Counted from the stretch's first letter, positions 13,067-26,149 are shown. The stretch: 64,000 nt of DNA from Negaprion brevirostris (GCA_030324005.1 JARDVH010000059.1:38031182-38095181), one strand, 5' to 3'. The notes: generated by a model from the sequence alone, not told the origin. Numbers and translations: made by a program.

Positions 13067-13195
13067 ATGAGAAGATCTGCAGCTCCGAGCCAGCTCAGCG
13101 GCAACGCAGCAAAAAAATTCAGGTTTATCCCACCGGGGAAAACTGATCAGCGGCAGCCTGTTTCCGGAAACGCCAGACCCCTGGAGAGAAACCAG
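13067..13195 (+). CDS. RAD54B: RAD54B first coding exon (43 codons, phase-0 donor CAG|GTACAA)
   Basis: MRRSAAPSQLSGNAAKKFRFIPPG matches the recalled vertebrate RAD54B N-terminus (MRRSAAPSQLQGNSFKKPKFIPPG); exon length is close to the human equivalent. Confidence 0.92.
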
Positions 13196-13620
13196 GTACA
13201 AACAAAACACTTGTCAGGGCTACTGGGAACTGGGGTTCTAAACCGACATCGGCGAAGTTTAAGGGATCAATATGAGACAGTTTGCGTATTCATTCATTCA
13301 AGAGAAAATTTATTATTTATTCCTTAAATCCATATTTTGAAACTTTTATAGAAGGAACGCGCTTCCTGTCCAGAAGGATTACTTGTCACATCTTTGATTC
13401 TTGTGCTTCGCTGTATATGCATTTCTGTAAAACTTTATCAACTGACTGAGTAACACCAAAGCAATTTAGGAGTATTTTTAATCTTTCACGGGTTGTGGAC
13501 CTTGCTGGTTAGGCCATTATTAATTGCCCTTGAGAAGGTGGTGACGATTTTGCTGCAGTCCATGTGATATAGGTACAACCTACAATGAGGGCCATAGGAT
13601 GGTTAACATCCTTTCCCAAA

Positions 13621-13752
13621 ATTTGGAGATGCCAGTGTTGGACTGGGATGGGCACAATAAGAAGTTTCACAACGCCAGGTTTATTTGGAATCAGAAGCTT
13701 TCACGAGCAGCGCTGTTGGACTTTAACCTGGTGTTGTGAGACTTCTTATGCT
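13621..13752. mobile_element. Palindromic Penelope-type short insertion
   Basis: ATAAGAAGTTTCACAACGCCAGGT..ACCTGGTGTTGTGAGACTTCTTAT; flanked by TTTCCCAAA direct repeat (13612-13620, 13753-13761). Confidence 0.65.
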
Positions 13753-14340
13753 TTTCCCAAAGGTAAAGGAGTCTAAAACTAGAGGGCATAGGTTTAAGGT
13801 GAGAGGGGGAGAGATACAAAAGGGTCCAGAGGAGCAATTTTTTCACAGAGGGTGGAAAGTGTCTGGAACGAGCTGCCAGAGGCAGTAGTAGAGGCTAGTA
13901 CAATTTTGTCTTTTAAAAAGCATTTAGATAGTTACATGGATAATATGGGTATAGAGGGATATGGGCCAAATGCAGGCAATTGGGATTAGCTTAGGGATTC
14001 AAAAAAAAAAGGCAGCATGGACAAGTTGGGCCAAAGGGCCTGTTTCCATGCTATAAACCTCTGAATCTGCACTGTCCCCACAGGATACTTGCCTTTATCA
14101 ATTGTGGTATAGATTACAAAAGTGAGGAAGTCATGTTGGAGTTGCATAGAACAAAAGACAAGTATCGAAGTTGTACAAGACATTGGCAAGGTCACACTTG
14201 GAATACTGTGTACAGTTCAAGTCATCCTGTTATAGAAAGGATATTATTCAACTAGGAAAAGTGCAGAAAAGATTTACCAGGATGCTACCGGGACTTGATG
14301 GATTGAGTTATAAGGAGAGGCTGGATAGACTGGGACTTTT
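13753..14340 (+). mobile_element. Two CR1 LINE 3' fragments
   Basis: AAAACTAGAGGGCATAGGTTTAAGGTGAGAGG 3' signature; YKTLARSHLEYCVQF..KVQKRFTRMLPGLDGLSYKERLDRLGL. Confidence 0.85.
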
Positions 14341-16822
14341 NNNNNNNNNNNNNNNNNNNNNNNNNNNNNNNNNNNNNNNNNNNNNNNNNNNNNNNNNNNN
14401 NNNNNNNNNNNNNNNNNNNNNNNNNNNNNNNNNNNNNNNNGAAGGGACAGGCTGTCCCAAAAGCTTGCGGCTTTTGCTACAAATAAACCTGTTTGGACTT
14501 TAAACTGGTGTTGTGGGGTTTCTTCCTTGGGAATACCACAGTCAACCATCCTTCTGTCTGAAAACAGAACTATTTACATGAAGTTACTATTTTCTGCCTT
14601 TGAGTCAATCCTTCTTATCCATATTGATCCTCCCAGTCCTTGAACCACAATGTTATGGATGAAATTATCCATTTTGTGGCATGGATTTGCTCATGAATAA
14701 ACAGATGTTCCGGAGGGTGGCGTTGAGTGTTGGTAGCAGCAGTGAGTTGGGTAAGTGGGATGCAAAGAATGTTGGTGGGATTAGCTCCCAGCAGGCACAC
14801 TATGTGTGGGAGGGATTGGAGTTGCTCATCAGAAAGACGCAACAACTGGTTTATCAACAAGCCATTCAGAAAATGCAAGAGAGGCAGAGGGTTAATTTAG
14901 GTTTCTGTAAAGACAAAATAAAAATAATGGGTGGAAGTCTGGAAAAACAGCCAAAATGCACACATGACGAGATATGGGAAGTTTATAATATAACATTTTT
15001 AACGTGTGCGGCAGAAAAATCTTGAAACGTTTCGCAATTAGTGAATTGCTTTTAAAATACAGAGGCTGTTAGTGTTCAGACAAAACCATGGTCATTTTAC
15101 ACACTGACCTCTAAACAGTGGGGTAAAATGATTAAGCTTGTGTTTTTTTTTCCCCTTTAGGATGATATTAGCCAGAAAACAGACTTTCTTCAGTACCATG
15201 TGATTTTTATGTTAACCTCTGTTTGCTAACATTTTCTCCAAAGGTCAGCACCTTTTCAACAATGCAGCATTCCCTCTATACTGCATTAGACAGGCAATTT
15301 AAATCAAATTTGCTCTTCTGGTTTAAGATTCAAACCATAACCTTCTGATTCAAAAGTGAATTTACTTCAGTTTGGTTTATTTGGTAGTACATAAAAATAG
15401 GAGATCCGTTTATAATACTTAAAACAGTAGCATCATTCATGGCTGTTTTGATATCTGGAATTTGGATTTTGTTGTGAATGTTTTTCATGAGTGCCTTACT
15501 TTTTTTAAAACAATATAATTGTGTACATATTATACTGTGATGCATTTTAAATATTTGTAAAATCCAGTTTTGCTGCTTTCCTCCCAAAAATTATTCTTAA
15601 GCATGTTTTTGAAGCTCAGTCAGTATTGTAACATTTCTGCTCATTCACTATTTACATGTCATGGTCTATAATTATTACCAGGATGCAATTATCATGGATT
15701 GTATCTATTGAGATGTCAGCAGATGGCAATATCGTGACGTCTCTAACTCTGAATTCAGTATTCTGACTGGTACCCTTTATAGATTGGGCTTTGAAATTAA
15801 TCTTTCACAATCTGCTCCCAGTATTGGTGAAATTTTACATAATAATCGGATATGTTATTAAACAATTGCCTATCTTGCAGATTCATAAAATATACTAGGG
15901 TATTTGAATTAAAATCATGGACTTTCTTGATAGAGGGGGTCTGACTATTTTCATAAGCTGTTGTGTGGGTTTCATGATTTCAGGCTTTCGAGCTGTTTTT
16001 GTTGCCAAAAGATCTGTCTTTCAACTTGTGTTGCAATTTATTTTTTTAACATGGCTTTGACAAATTCTTAAAAAGTTGCTGTTGATTTGGTGGAAGCTGA
16101 TTACAACAGACTATTTAAACTTATTGAACGGCGTACAACCAAGCATGATAGAGGAAGTGAAGTTCCTTGATTGACATCAGAACTAGCATGGGGAATGCAA
16201 ACAACACTAAAAGCTCCGCAGCAGGATTACTGGGGCCCTGTCAGGGATCAGTATACAGACTGTGGAATACTTGTGCCCTCGTGCACACTGTTTTTTAACA
16301 TCAACAATAATTCTTTGTTCATGGTTTGATATAAATTTTCCTATTTCAAACATAAAAGTCAAGACTAAGTTTTTGTCTTTGAGATTAAAGGTGCAGTTTT
16401 TAGCAGCTGCACTATCTGGCATAAAGATCAGGCTGTGATATGTAGGTTAGTGTGTAACACAGCAAAATGATAGCTTTAGAACACCTGCACCTTTGCACTG
16501 TGATTCTCGTGCTAATGCTTTCAAAACCAGAAAAACAGATCAGATAACAAAACAGTCCAGCATTTGATTGGTCTCAGCATCAGGGGGCTTGCACAGTCTC
16601 ATTTTAGTCTGGAGCCTTAAGTAGGTCAGGCCTAGCTTAGCCAGCCTGCAGATGATCAGCTGCAGATGATCTCTGGATGAAGTCAAGCTGAAAGGAATTT
16701 CAGTGAACCCCTCCTGATAGGCGTAGGCCTAAAAAAGGCTGGCCTAGTTAAGCTTCAGCTTATAGTGTGAGGGAAGGCTTTACAGTCAGTCTGAAGTTTG
16801 TATGATGTGCTCTGCACAAAAT

Positions 16823-17205
16823 ATGCTAGGTAAAAAATCAAATCGATCCTCGAATTTTACCATTTATGAAAAGATTGATCTGTTAAAACTTGTGCGGCCT
16901 CACATCAAGGTCTTGGAGGTTCATAAGAATAATCAAGCCATAATTGTTGAAAAGAATCGTTGCTGGGAAACTATAGCACAGCAGTACAATGCTGTTGGAG
17001 TGGATCGCCCTCCTCGTGGTGCACAGGCTTTGCGAACACTATACAAACGCATTAAAGAAAGTGCCAAACAGGAGATAGCCAGAAGAGAACAACTGCATCC
17101 AGACTATAAAGGAAATGTCTCTGAGCCAACCAGAAGAATTCTAGAAATGATTCCTCACATTTTCCAACCACTTTTGAAGGTGATAGACCCTGACAACTTG
17201 CAAAG
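16823..17205 (+). CDS. FSBP: FSBP coding exon 1, Myb/SANT-like DNA-binding domain; in-frame upstream ATG at 16802; phase-2 donor AG|GTAAGG
   Basis: RSSNFTIYEKIDLLKLVRPH..IVEKNRCWE..YNAVGVDRPPR.AQ.LRTLYKRIKE..SEPTRRILEMIP closely matches recalled human FSBP; nested in RAD54B as in human. Confidence 0.93.
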
Positions 17206-18849
17206 GTAAGGCTATCACATTTTACTGATCATAATAAAATAGTTTTTAAAAATGCTCTTTATCTGAGGTTAGTGTTCAGAGCTCATTATCATTACAGCCA
17301 CTTCATCTATGTTTCTGTATATGAGCACATATGGCTGGAGTTTTGGGCAGGTGGCCAACACAAAAAAATTATTTACATTCTAATTTTGGACGTTGACTTC
17401 AGTTAGTCACATTAGTCTCTAACTGGGGGCAAGTTCTGTGCTCTTCATTGTGAATAATTGGCCACGCTGAACTTTGGGTAACATAGCAGTTCAAAAATCA
17501 GTCAACTGCTAACACTGAGCACTTCCTGAATTGGAGTAAAATAAGATAGCCATTAATTGATCTTCGCACCAAGTGTGGTAAGATGTGGAACTCATTATTA
17601 GGAATTTGGAAGTTAATGGGGTTAACCGTGAAGTTGAGATGAAAACAAAAGTAACAGATAACATGATTAGCAGGCGTGCAGAGGAATATTGAGAGTCAGT
17701 TTTCCCAGTAACAAGATTAGCAGGCATCTAGAGAAATTGAGGTACGAATTGCCGTATCATAGACTCACTGATTTTTGGTCAACAATGTTTCTATAAAACA
17801 ATAACTCCTAACAGCAAGGAATTTGGGAGATTGATAGCTGAATCCACAGGATGGGATATCAAAGCGGCTAAACAGTATGTCTACTGGCATCCTCAGTGGG
17901 AGGCAGGCTAGTTTTTCATCAACAGCCAGACAGGCTAAAATCTTCAGAGAGCCAGTTCCATCTCTGATCGGAGCCATTGAGGCCTGCTCCATCTAACATT
18001 TAGAGCCACGGCAAATTATAGATACTGTTGTCTAAAAGATGCAGTTTCGTACTTTTGCTGAACCAGCAAAAGGCATTTTCCAAGACTTAGTCATCTAAGC
18101 TGTATTGTGTGGTAGCTATAAACTAGATTTGACTTATTGTATTGTGGATGTTGTTTGGGAAAAGTGATGACTTAGTATGTTCAATGAATGTGGGTATATT
18201 TTGAGAATAAGAGGTAATTTCAGATTAAACAGTGTGTTTAAAACTTAAGTGTATTAATGACTGTAATGTAATCTTTCATGTTGTGCATTTTTCTTTTCTT
18301 CTACTTTAATAATTACTCTTTATTAATTGTTTACACAATGACTGGAGTGGTTCCTCCACTGGGTTGTACATTGTTCCACACCATTCAAAACAAATATACT
18401 CCACTAAGAATTCGTGTTGCAGGGTTTTTAGACATTCTCGCAAGTAACATCAGAGCAGTTGTTACTACCACATGGAACGGTTGACGCAGATAGCACAGAT
18501 GTATTTGAAGAAAGGCATGATATATAGTGGGAATAGAATTTAAAGAATAATTCAAGTGGGAAAGTCTGTGGAATATAAATGCTAGTGTAATGAACTTTTC
18601 ATGCATTGATCTTTCCGATATTTAAATGGAAAAATTATGGCAACGCACACTGTGAGACGTCACTAAAGCTGGTAATGAGGAAGAGCTGGGAGGTATCATT
18701 TACAAATGGAACTTAATATACTTATTCCACTGTATAGATGCAAAAGGTCTTTAGTTTAGAAAGGCATCTTGTGTCAATGCAGGTTTAGTGGACCAAAGGA
18801 CCTGTTCCTGTGTCGTACCGTTCTTTGTACTTCAGGAGATGTTACTGAG

Positions 18850-19700
18850 GGGCAACATGTATATGAGAAATGGAAGAGGGGGGTGCCAAAGGAGAATTCT
18901 TGGGAGGTAATGATGCTTGGGCAAAAAAGGAAGACATTGTAGGAGATGCTTTTGCTACAACTGGGTAGAAAACTGTAGTTCCTACTCGGCGTGGAAGAAA
19001 GGTGTTGAAGGAGGATTGCACAATCAACCGTGTCAAAAGCTGCAAGAGATGTCAAGAAGATCGTGAAGGATTGTGTATCACTGTCACATTCACAGGACAT
19101 TGGGGCTTTTTAGAGTTTTGGCTTGATTGAAAATGTTCACATGGAGTTGCTAGAAAGATAGGTACAGGTTACAAGGCATACAAAAACTTTGACGATGGGT
19201 GACAGTTTGTAAAGATAGAGGGGTCAAGGATGGGATGTTTTGGGGAGGGAGTGAGAGCAGTAGATTTATGAGTAAGGGTAAGTGAGGTCAGATGGAAGTT
19301 GAGAAGTGGTCAGTATCTAGTGGGTATGAGTAGAACAGGAGTTGGGTCTGTAGACAAAAATTAAGATACAAGGAGAAATGGAAGAGGAACTGAAGAATGA
19401 CATGCGTTTGGGGCTAGCGTAGGTGGAAACTTTGGGATAAGCATGTCTTAGGCAAAGAAAAGGTTGAAATGAAAATGGAAAACGCTAGAAAAACTTAGCA
19501 CGTCAAGGAGTAATTTTGGTGCAGTACGCAGATCTGATGGATCAGTCCAATCAGTCATCAGAAAAGGAAAGATGGATTTTGGCAGAGACAGCTCAACAAA
19601 TTATATCAGTCATGGTAATAGAGAAGTTCATGAACTTGCTGCATTTATTGGAGTGGAGGGGAAGGGAGTGGAGATTAGAGATGTTTAGTACTAGGGAAAA
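18850..19700 (-). mobile_element. Ancient L2-like LINE remnant
   Basis: LTSLAAFDTVDCAILLQHL resembles the RT motif LDLSAAFDTVDH; extent approximate. Confidence 0.5.
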
Positions 19701-19839
19701 GCTGGGGTTTTCTTTGCATTTCAAAATAACGCTGGACACTCTGATTTTGCTGAAGAAAACAGAGCCCAATGGCGCATGCCAGATCTGGCTATTTTGCTTA
19801 TAAACTCCTTCTTGGATCTGAGCGGGGAGTTTTTTTATT

Positions 19840-20690
19840 AATGTGTTCTTGCAATTTGAGCATAGCTGGCAAAGCCAGCATTTATTGCCCACCTCTAATG
19901 TTCCTGAGCAGGTAGTGGTGAGCTGCTTCTTGAATTGCTGCAGTTCATATGTTGCATGTATACCAGGAAGGGAATTCCGGGATTTTGACCCAGGGATGAT
20001 GAAGGAATGGCAATATTGTTCCAAGTCAAAATGGTTTGTGGTTCGGAGGGCAACTTGCAGATGCTGTAGTCCATATGCCTCTGCTGTTCTTGTTCATCAA
20101 GGTTACAGAGGTCATATATTTGGAAGGTGCTGCTGAAGGAGCTTTGCTGAGTTGCTGCAGTGCACCTTCAATATGATGTGCACTTCTGTCACCTTGTGCT
20201 AGTGGTGGAGGGTAGGAATGTTTAAGGGTTGAAAGGGCTGCTTTCTCCTAGATGTTGAGCTTCTGAATGTTGTTGAAGCTGCACTCATCCAAGCAAGCAG
20301 AGGATATTCCATCACACTCCTGATTTGTGCTTTGTAAATGGCAGAGGGGCTTGGAGGAATTAGTAGGTAAATTAGTTGATGCAGAATTCTCAGTTTCTGA
20401 CCTGTTTCTATAGTCACAATACTTTTATAGCTGGTCCAATTCTGATCAACGATAATCCTTACAATGTTGATGGTGGAGGATTCCGTGGTGGAAATGGCAT
20501 TGAATGTCCAAGTTCGATGGTTATAATCTCTCTTGATGGAGATGATGGTAACTACCTGATACTTGTGTAGTTAAACATTACTTGCTAGTTACCAGCCCGA
20601 GCCTGAAGGTTCAGGTCTTACTTCATGCTGGTATCGATAGCTTCAGTAGCTGAGCAGTTGGAAATAGTACTGAATGTAATCAATATTAGC
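19840..20690 (-). mobile_element. Old CR1/L2-like non-LTR element, 3' region
   Basis: GQKLRIL..SAIYKAQIRSVMEYPLLAWMSAASTT; same family as 7690 and 31415. Confidence 0.6.
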
Positions 20691-21306
20691 ATGGGTCCTG
20701 AGATCTGGCTAATGTGGATTCTGGGTGAGTTAGCCTTGAGGGTGCAAAAGCAAAGGGTGGGGTGGAGGTCAGGGGTTGGCACTGAGTTGCCATAGCAGCT
20801 ATAGAGGGCTGCATGTGTTGGCATGGAGGATGAGGGACCATAGTCAAGGAGCATGGGCTGGTGTGAGGGGCTTGGGGATTGATGGGGTGTGTGAAGTGAC
20901 GTGCATGTGCGTCTCTGTACATGCCACTGTAGCTTGCACAGACGCCAGAGCACTGAGGCAGGCTGCTTGTCGACCCAGGAGTGACACTTCCAAGTGGTGG
21001 ACAGTGGGCAGCGACACTGCAAACTATCCATGATGGTCATTTTACTTCTGGCAAAAAGTCTATTTGGGGCACAATCTTCCATCTAATAATACTTGTACTC
21101 CAAGAGAAGTTGATATTTGATAAGCTGAATAGCCACTATCATTTAGATTGTAAATCATATGGCAGTCATCACACAGCCTTGTCTGACCCTGACCAGAATT
21201 TTGAAAGGCACTGTTTGGTATCTCCCACTGAAGGCAGTTGCAGTCATTTCATCATGAACTGATGCAGGATTATGATGAAACTTCTTTGTGCTTCGAAGAT
21301 TTAAAT

Positions 21307-23386
21307 CAGTGATCTCCAAAGAGCGAATAGTTGATCCTGGAGTCTCAAAAAGCCAATTGTCGTTGGCTGCTGAACCACTACCGAAAATGCACAGGACCCC
21401 AGCTTCATGTGGTGATGAGCGAATCAGCTCACTGTTGAATCATGGGCCAATGCATGAACTAAGCTGAGGAATGGGGAAGTGAATTTCTTTTACAAATGCC
21501 AAAGGCAAGACCTTTTGTATTATTTGTCAACAGAGCATAGCTTTGGGTGAAAGAGATAATTTGGAATGGCATCACAAGACAATACATGCAAAATTTAAAT
21601 TTCCCTTCAAACAGCACCATTCAGACAAGGAAAGTTGGGGAGTTAAAAGGAATGTTGCAAACTCAACAAACACACTTTTCAAAATCTGGTTAAAGACAAG
21701 GCTGGCAAAAATACATCATTTCACATTAGCCATCTACTGGCAAAATGTAGGGCAAAGTTGTCAAGGAGGCAATGATGGGTTGCAGCTGACACCTTGTTCA
21801 AAGACTTTAAAAACAAAGATGAAATTATGACAGCCATCATATTGCCTCTTGGTGTTTTAACAGTAGCCAGAAGGGTGCAAATGTTGCCCAAGGATGTGTC
21901 TCAATAAATACACCAAAACTTATCAGGCTGTGAATGTTTTTCACTGCAGTTTGATGAGTCAATAAATATGGCCGATGCAACCCAGCTCATGGCATTCAAA
22001 GATGCAACAACAAAGGACTTCCTCACTCTTTTGCCACTCAGAGAGGACAAGAGGCAAGGATATCTACTGCGAATTTAGAAGCATGTGACTGAGAAGAACA
22101 TTCCGATCAAGAAATGGGTTTCAATCACTGACAGTCAATGCTGGGTGTGACTGCAGACACCTCCAATAAATGCAGCAAGTTCATAAACTTCTCTATTATC
22201 ATGACTGATTATAATCTGTTGAGCTGTCTTTACCAAAATCCACGTTTTCCTTTTATGACAGTCAATGCTGGGTGTTAATGCAGGCTTTGTTGCACTTTGC
22301 AGAAGTGATCCTAAGTTCCTCTCCTTTGTCAATTATCGTTGTGTTATCCACCAACAAGCGTTAGTGAGCAAGATTATTGACTTTCCAAGATTGTCAACTC
22401 TACAGAGCTCTGTAATGTCATTTATTCAAATTGTTACTTGATTAGCTTGATACCACTATGGTGAGCTAATCCTTCATGCAATGTGAGGTGGTTAGGTCGA
22501 GGAAAAGTCCTGTCGAGATTTTTGCTCACTGAAATTATCACCTTTCTTAAATCAAGAAATGAGGTGTACTGTAAGCTGTCAGGTAATAATACATGGTTCT
22601 AGACTTGGTGTTTCTTACAGACGTAAGTGCAAAATTGAAAGAACTGAACCATGAACTGCAGGGGAGGGATCTAGATTTGTCACATGATCAGTGCAATGAA
22701 TGTGATCAAGTTGAAACTGGGCCTATGGTCCTCCCAGTTAAAGAACAAAATTACTGAGTACTTCTAGAGACAATCCAACAACAGTTCATACAGAAAGGAC
22801 TCCACCCAGTCAAATTCTGTGACCACATCAACAAATTGGAAAAGGAATTCAACAGAAGATTTCAGGAGTTTGACAAGGTGGAACAAATCATTGTTTGTCT
22901 CAAATCCTTTTCTTCAAGTGGACGTAGGAGAATTGACAGCAAAATTTCAGCAAATGTTCAAACAAAGCAGTGGACTTAATGTAGAAATAATCAACGTGTA
23001 AAATGACGTAGAACTGAAAGCTTGGTGCAAGTACAAAGACTTTTGAGGATTTGTCAACACAGAAGTACTCTCTTCTGACATTGTGTGCACTTAAGGTGAA
23101 GATCTACTTTGATTCCACATCTCTAAGGTTGCTTTTTCCAGATGAAAATCATCAAGTCCAAGTATCACACTTGCCTCACAGATGCCCAGCTGATGAATTG
23201 TATGAGACTGATCTCAAATTTTACAGCACTCACAGTGCAAGCACAGGTCTCACATGAAGAATACATAAATGTTATGCTTAAGTACATTTGGGGGGGTTTT
23301 AGTAAAGTCACATTTGTAAGGGTAGGTCTCTTGCTGCATTTTAATTCTAAAAGTGATCTTGTACTTAAAAAGGTTGCAGGCTACTG
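21307..23386 (+). mobile_element. Fossil hAT (Buster/Charlie, GTF2IRD2/SPIN-like) DNA transposon in the FSBP intron
   Basis: Frameshifted motifs FCIICQQSIA..NLEWHHKTIH, FSLQFDES..DATQL, YRCVIHQQAL, VRWLGRGKVLSRF, FLTDV..KLKELNHELQG, MKIIKSKYHTCLTD; ends CAGTGATCTCCAA and revcomp CAGTAGCCTGCAA; flanks ATTTAAAT and ATT(T)TAGAT. Confidence 0.85.
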
Positions 23387-24191
23387 ATTTTAGATGTCCA
23401 CCAACAGAGCCTCTTGATTTACTGAGCCAAATGCTTTGGTCAAGTCAGTGAAAGTAATGAGAAGTTCCTGGTGTTATTCTCAACATTTTCAAACTATGTG
23501 TCTGGCAACAAAGGCCATGTCAAATGTTCCTATGTAAGGTCCAAAGCTGCACTATCTCTGGGATGATTTCCTCAGCCACAGGAAGTAGGTGATTCAGGAG
23601 AACACGTCTTGGGATTTTCCCCACTATGAACGAGAGAAGAAAAACCTCAAGTTTTCACAGTGTGATTTATCTCTCTTCTTGAAGATAGTTGCAATTGTCA
23701 CTTTCCTGAAATCAATGGTGGGAATTTCTTTTTCCTGCCAAATTCAGAGGATAAGTGCATGGAGTCTTGATGTGAGCAAAACCCAACCGGCTTTGATGAT
23801 CTCGGCAGCGATACCTTAGGGGCTGCAGGCTTTGTTGATTTTCATCATGTGAATGGAAGGAAAGGGAAGAAAAATAATATTAAATCATTGAATTTTGATG
23901 GGACTAGCACAGGGCTGGAAAAAGGGAGCTGAACTGCAACTAAATGCAGTAGATTTAAAGGGATAATGTAGAGTAGTAGTAGCAGACTGCACAACTTGAC
24001 ATTTTAGGAAATAGAGGCAGATTGAATAAGGTAAGCAGTTATTAATTCAATATTGCTGATGTTCATTGGCCAGCCTGCATGTTTTATTGTATTTTGGTCA
24101 CTTGGCATTCAAATGTAATTTTTAAAAATGTAATATTTCTTATGGCTTTGAATTTAATGCATCAATGTTATCTGTATAATCTTTCCTTCAG

Positions 24192-24771
24192 GCCTTGTGG
24201 AAGTTCACCTTCTGAACAAGAACAAGATTCCTGCGTGGAACAGCCTGCTAGCTTGTACCCACAGCCTGGAACCTCAGGCTACCAGTCCCATTCCAGTCAT
24301 GATTGGGTAACGCCAGAGTCAGAACCCGAACATGAAGAGAAACCTCCTCCGATATTAACTGTGCTATCACAGCCGAGCGAAAACTTGCAAGAACAGAATA
24401 AAACAGAGACCCAACAGGCCACTAATGGCTCTGTCTCACCCTTTTCATCTTCTGGGGCAAGAGTATCCTTAACACCATCTCCGAGGCCTGCAAGAAGGGA
24501 AGATGTTTTGTTCAGCCACCACCAGCACCACAGCGGTGCCCTGCACCATGTTGGCAGTCATGATAATGGAGAAATGAAATTAATGTCAGCAGAGGAACAT
24601 GAGATAATTATGGAAAATCAAAGAAAGTTTGGACTCTATCTTGACGAAAAAAGAGAGAGCCTGAAACGAAAGCAAGCTTTAGAGGAAGACTTGTTAAGGG
24701 CAAAAATCAGAGTAGAAGAATTAAAGGCAGCAAGACTGCAACAAGGCTTGCCAGCAACCCAGGAAGCCTAA
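24192..24771 (+). CDS. FSBP: FSBP terminal coding exon (Pro/Ser-rich linker plus coiled coil); spliced CDS from 16823 is 320 aa
   Basis: Acceptor CTTTCCTTCAG|G in phase 2, compatible with the 17205 donor (AG|G = Arg); EEHEIIMENQRKFGLYLDEKRESLKRKQALEEDLLRAKIRVEELKAARL matches the recalled FSBP C-terminus. Confidence 0.92.
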
Positions 24772-24792
24772 TATTTGTAAATATTTGTTTCA

Positions 24793-24798
24793 ATTAAA
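24793..24798 (+). terminator. Candidate proximal poly(A) signal (ATTAAA) for FSBP
   Basis: ATTAAA ~20 nt after the stop with GT-rich sequence downstream; motif only. Confidence 0.3.
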
Positions 24799-25434
24799 AT
24801 CAACTAAAAACAGTGTTTATGTGCTGTGGATTAATTCCAAAGATGACGTTAATGCCACAGTCTGCTATTGAACATTAAATTGTCATTGCAGTAGTTTTAA
24901 AATGTTTTGCCAGATTTTGGCTAAACTTAATAATTGTCCAAAAATGATTTCTATTTAAAAATGAAAATGCTTTTGAACTCACACGAGATGAACAACATTG
25001 TTAAAATATGTTTTATTCTAATCTGACCAAACCTCATGAACCTTAAGCCTTATCAAAAGTTAGGTTGCTTGGAAAATGAACTTGAGTAATTAGGTGAGTG
25101 TCGTATGCAATGTGAGTTTTGATCTTAGTTTTCAAGAACTTTAGACTGCAATTCTTGGAATTCTTTTTTTTCTCTAGTTTCATGTAGAATTTGTTTACTT
25201 GAACTTTCATGGAGAATTCGTTTACTTGAACAACTGAGGCAGAATAGTTACAAGTTAATAATGGTATAAATCAAAGCTTCCGAATGGGCAAATTCATAAA
25301 ATTAATCCAGGGCTTGTGAAAATAAGTCAGTGATGGATTTTGCTTATTGAAACTACAACCAATATTTATGGGACCATACTTACATGTTTGTCTCTCCTCC
25401 ATTATCGGAAGGATTTGAGATTTTTTTTAAAAAT

Positions 25435-25782
25435 TATTTCATGAGATGTAGCATCTCTGGCAAGACCAGCATTTGTTACCCATCCTAAATTGTACTTGAA
25501 TGGACAACCCTGTTGCTGTGATTCTAAAATCGCGTGTAGGCCAGACCAGGTAAGGATGGCTGAATTCCTTCCCTGAAAGACATTAGTGAACAAAATGGGT
25601 TTTTACAACAATCGTTGATTGTTTGTTTCATGGTCACCAGTACTAAGACTAGCTTTCAATTCCAGATTTTCAACAGTTGAATTTGAATTCCACCAACTGC
25701 CATGGTGAGACTTGAACCTATGTCCCCAAAGTATTTGTCTGGGCCTTTGGATTATTAATCCAGTTACATTACCACTGTCTCC
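25435..25782 (-). mobile_element. SacSINE1/DeuSINE-like SINE
   Basis: Shared core GTAGGCCAGACCAGGTAAGGATGG..AAGACATTAGTGAAC. Confidence 0.6.
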
Positions 25783-26149
25783 CTTTAGTCCGGTTGATGT
25801 GTTGAGTTTATTTGAGAGTCCAATGTCAAGTCTCAAAAATACAATAAAATGTATTTTGGCTCAATACACTTTGCTTTTGTCAATAATTGTTTATTTTCAG
25901 ACTCTGTACCCTTGCCTTTCACTTCACCACTCTTAACTTCAAAAACTGCTTTGTCTGCTGTGAACTGTCTATTTGCTGTCCTATGTCCAAGCTTGTCTTT
26001 TTATTAGGTGTTTCCTTCAATTTTTTTTTAAGCAGCTTTTCCGAACCTCAAGAGAAGATGTGCTGTTTGCCAGGGCTTTCTGCCAAAGTTAGTTGACTGA
26101 TCAGATGACCCTAGTCTCCTCTTGTTGCACAGCATGTTTCCAACTATTT

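Noticed and set aside
24079-24191. N-terminal extensions of ORFs 24079-24771, 46724-47434 and 63118-63492, and the C-terminal extension of 13067-13327
   Set aside because: Intronic read-through; homology starts or stops at canonical splice sites
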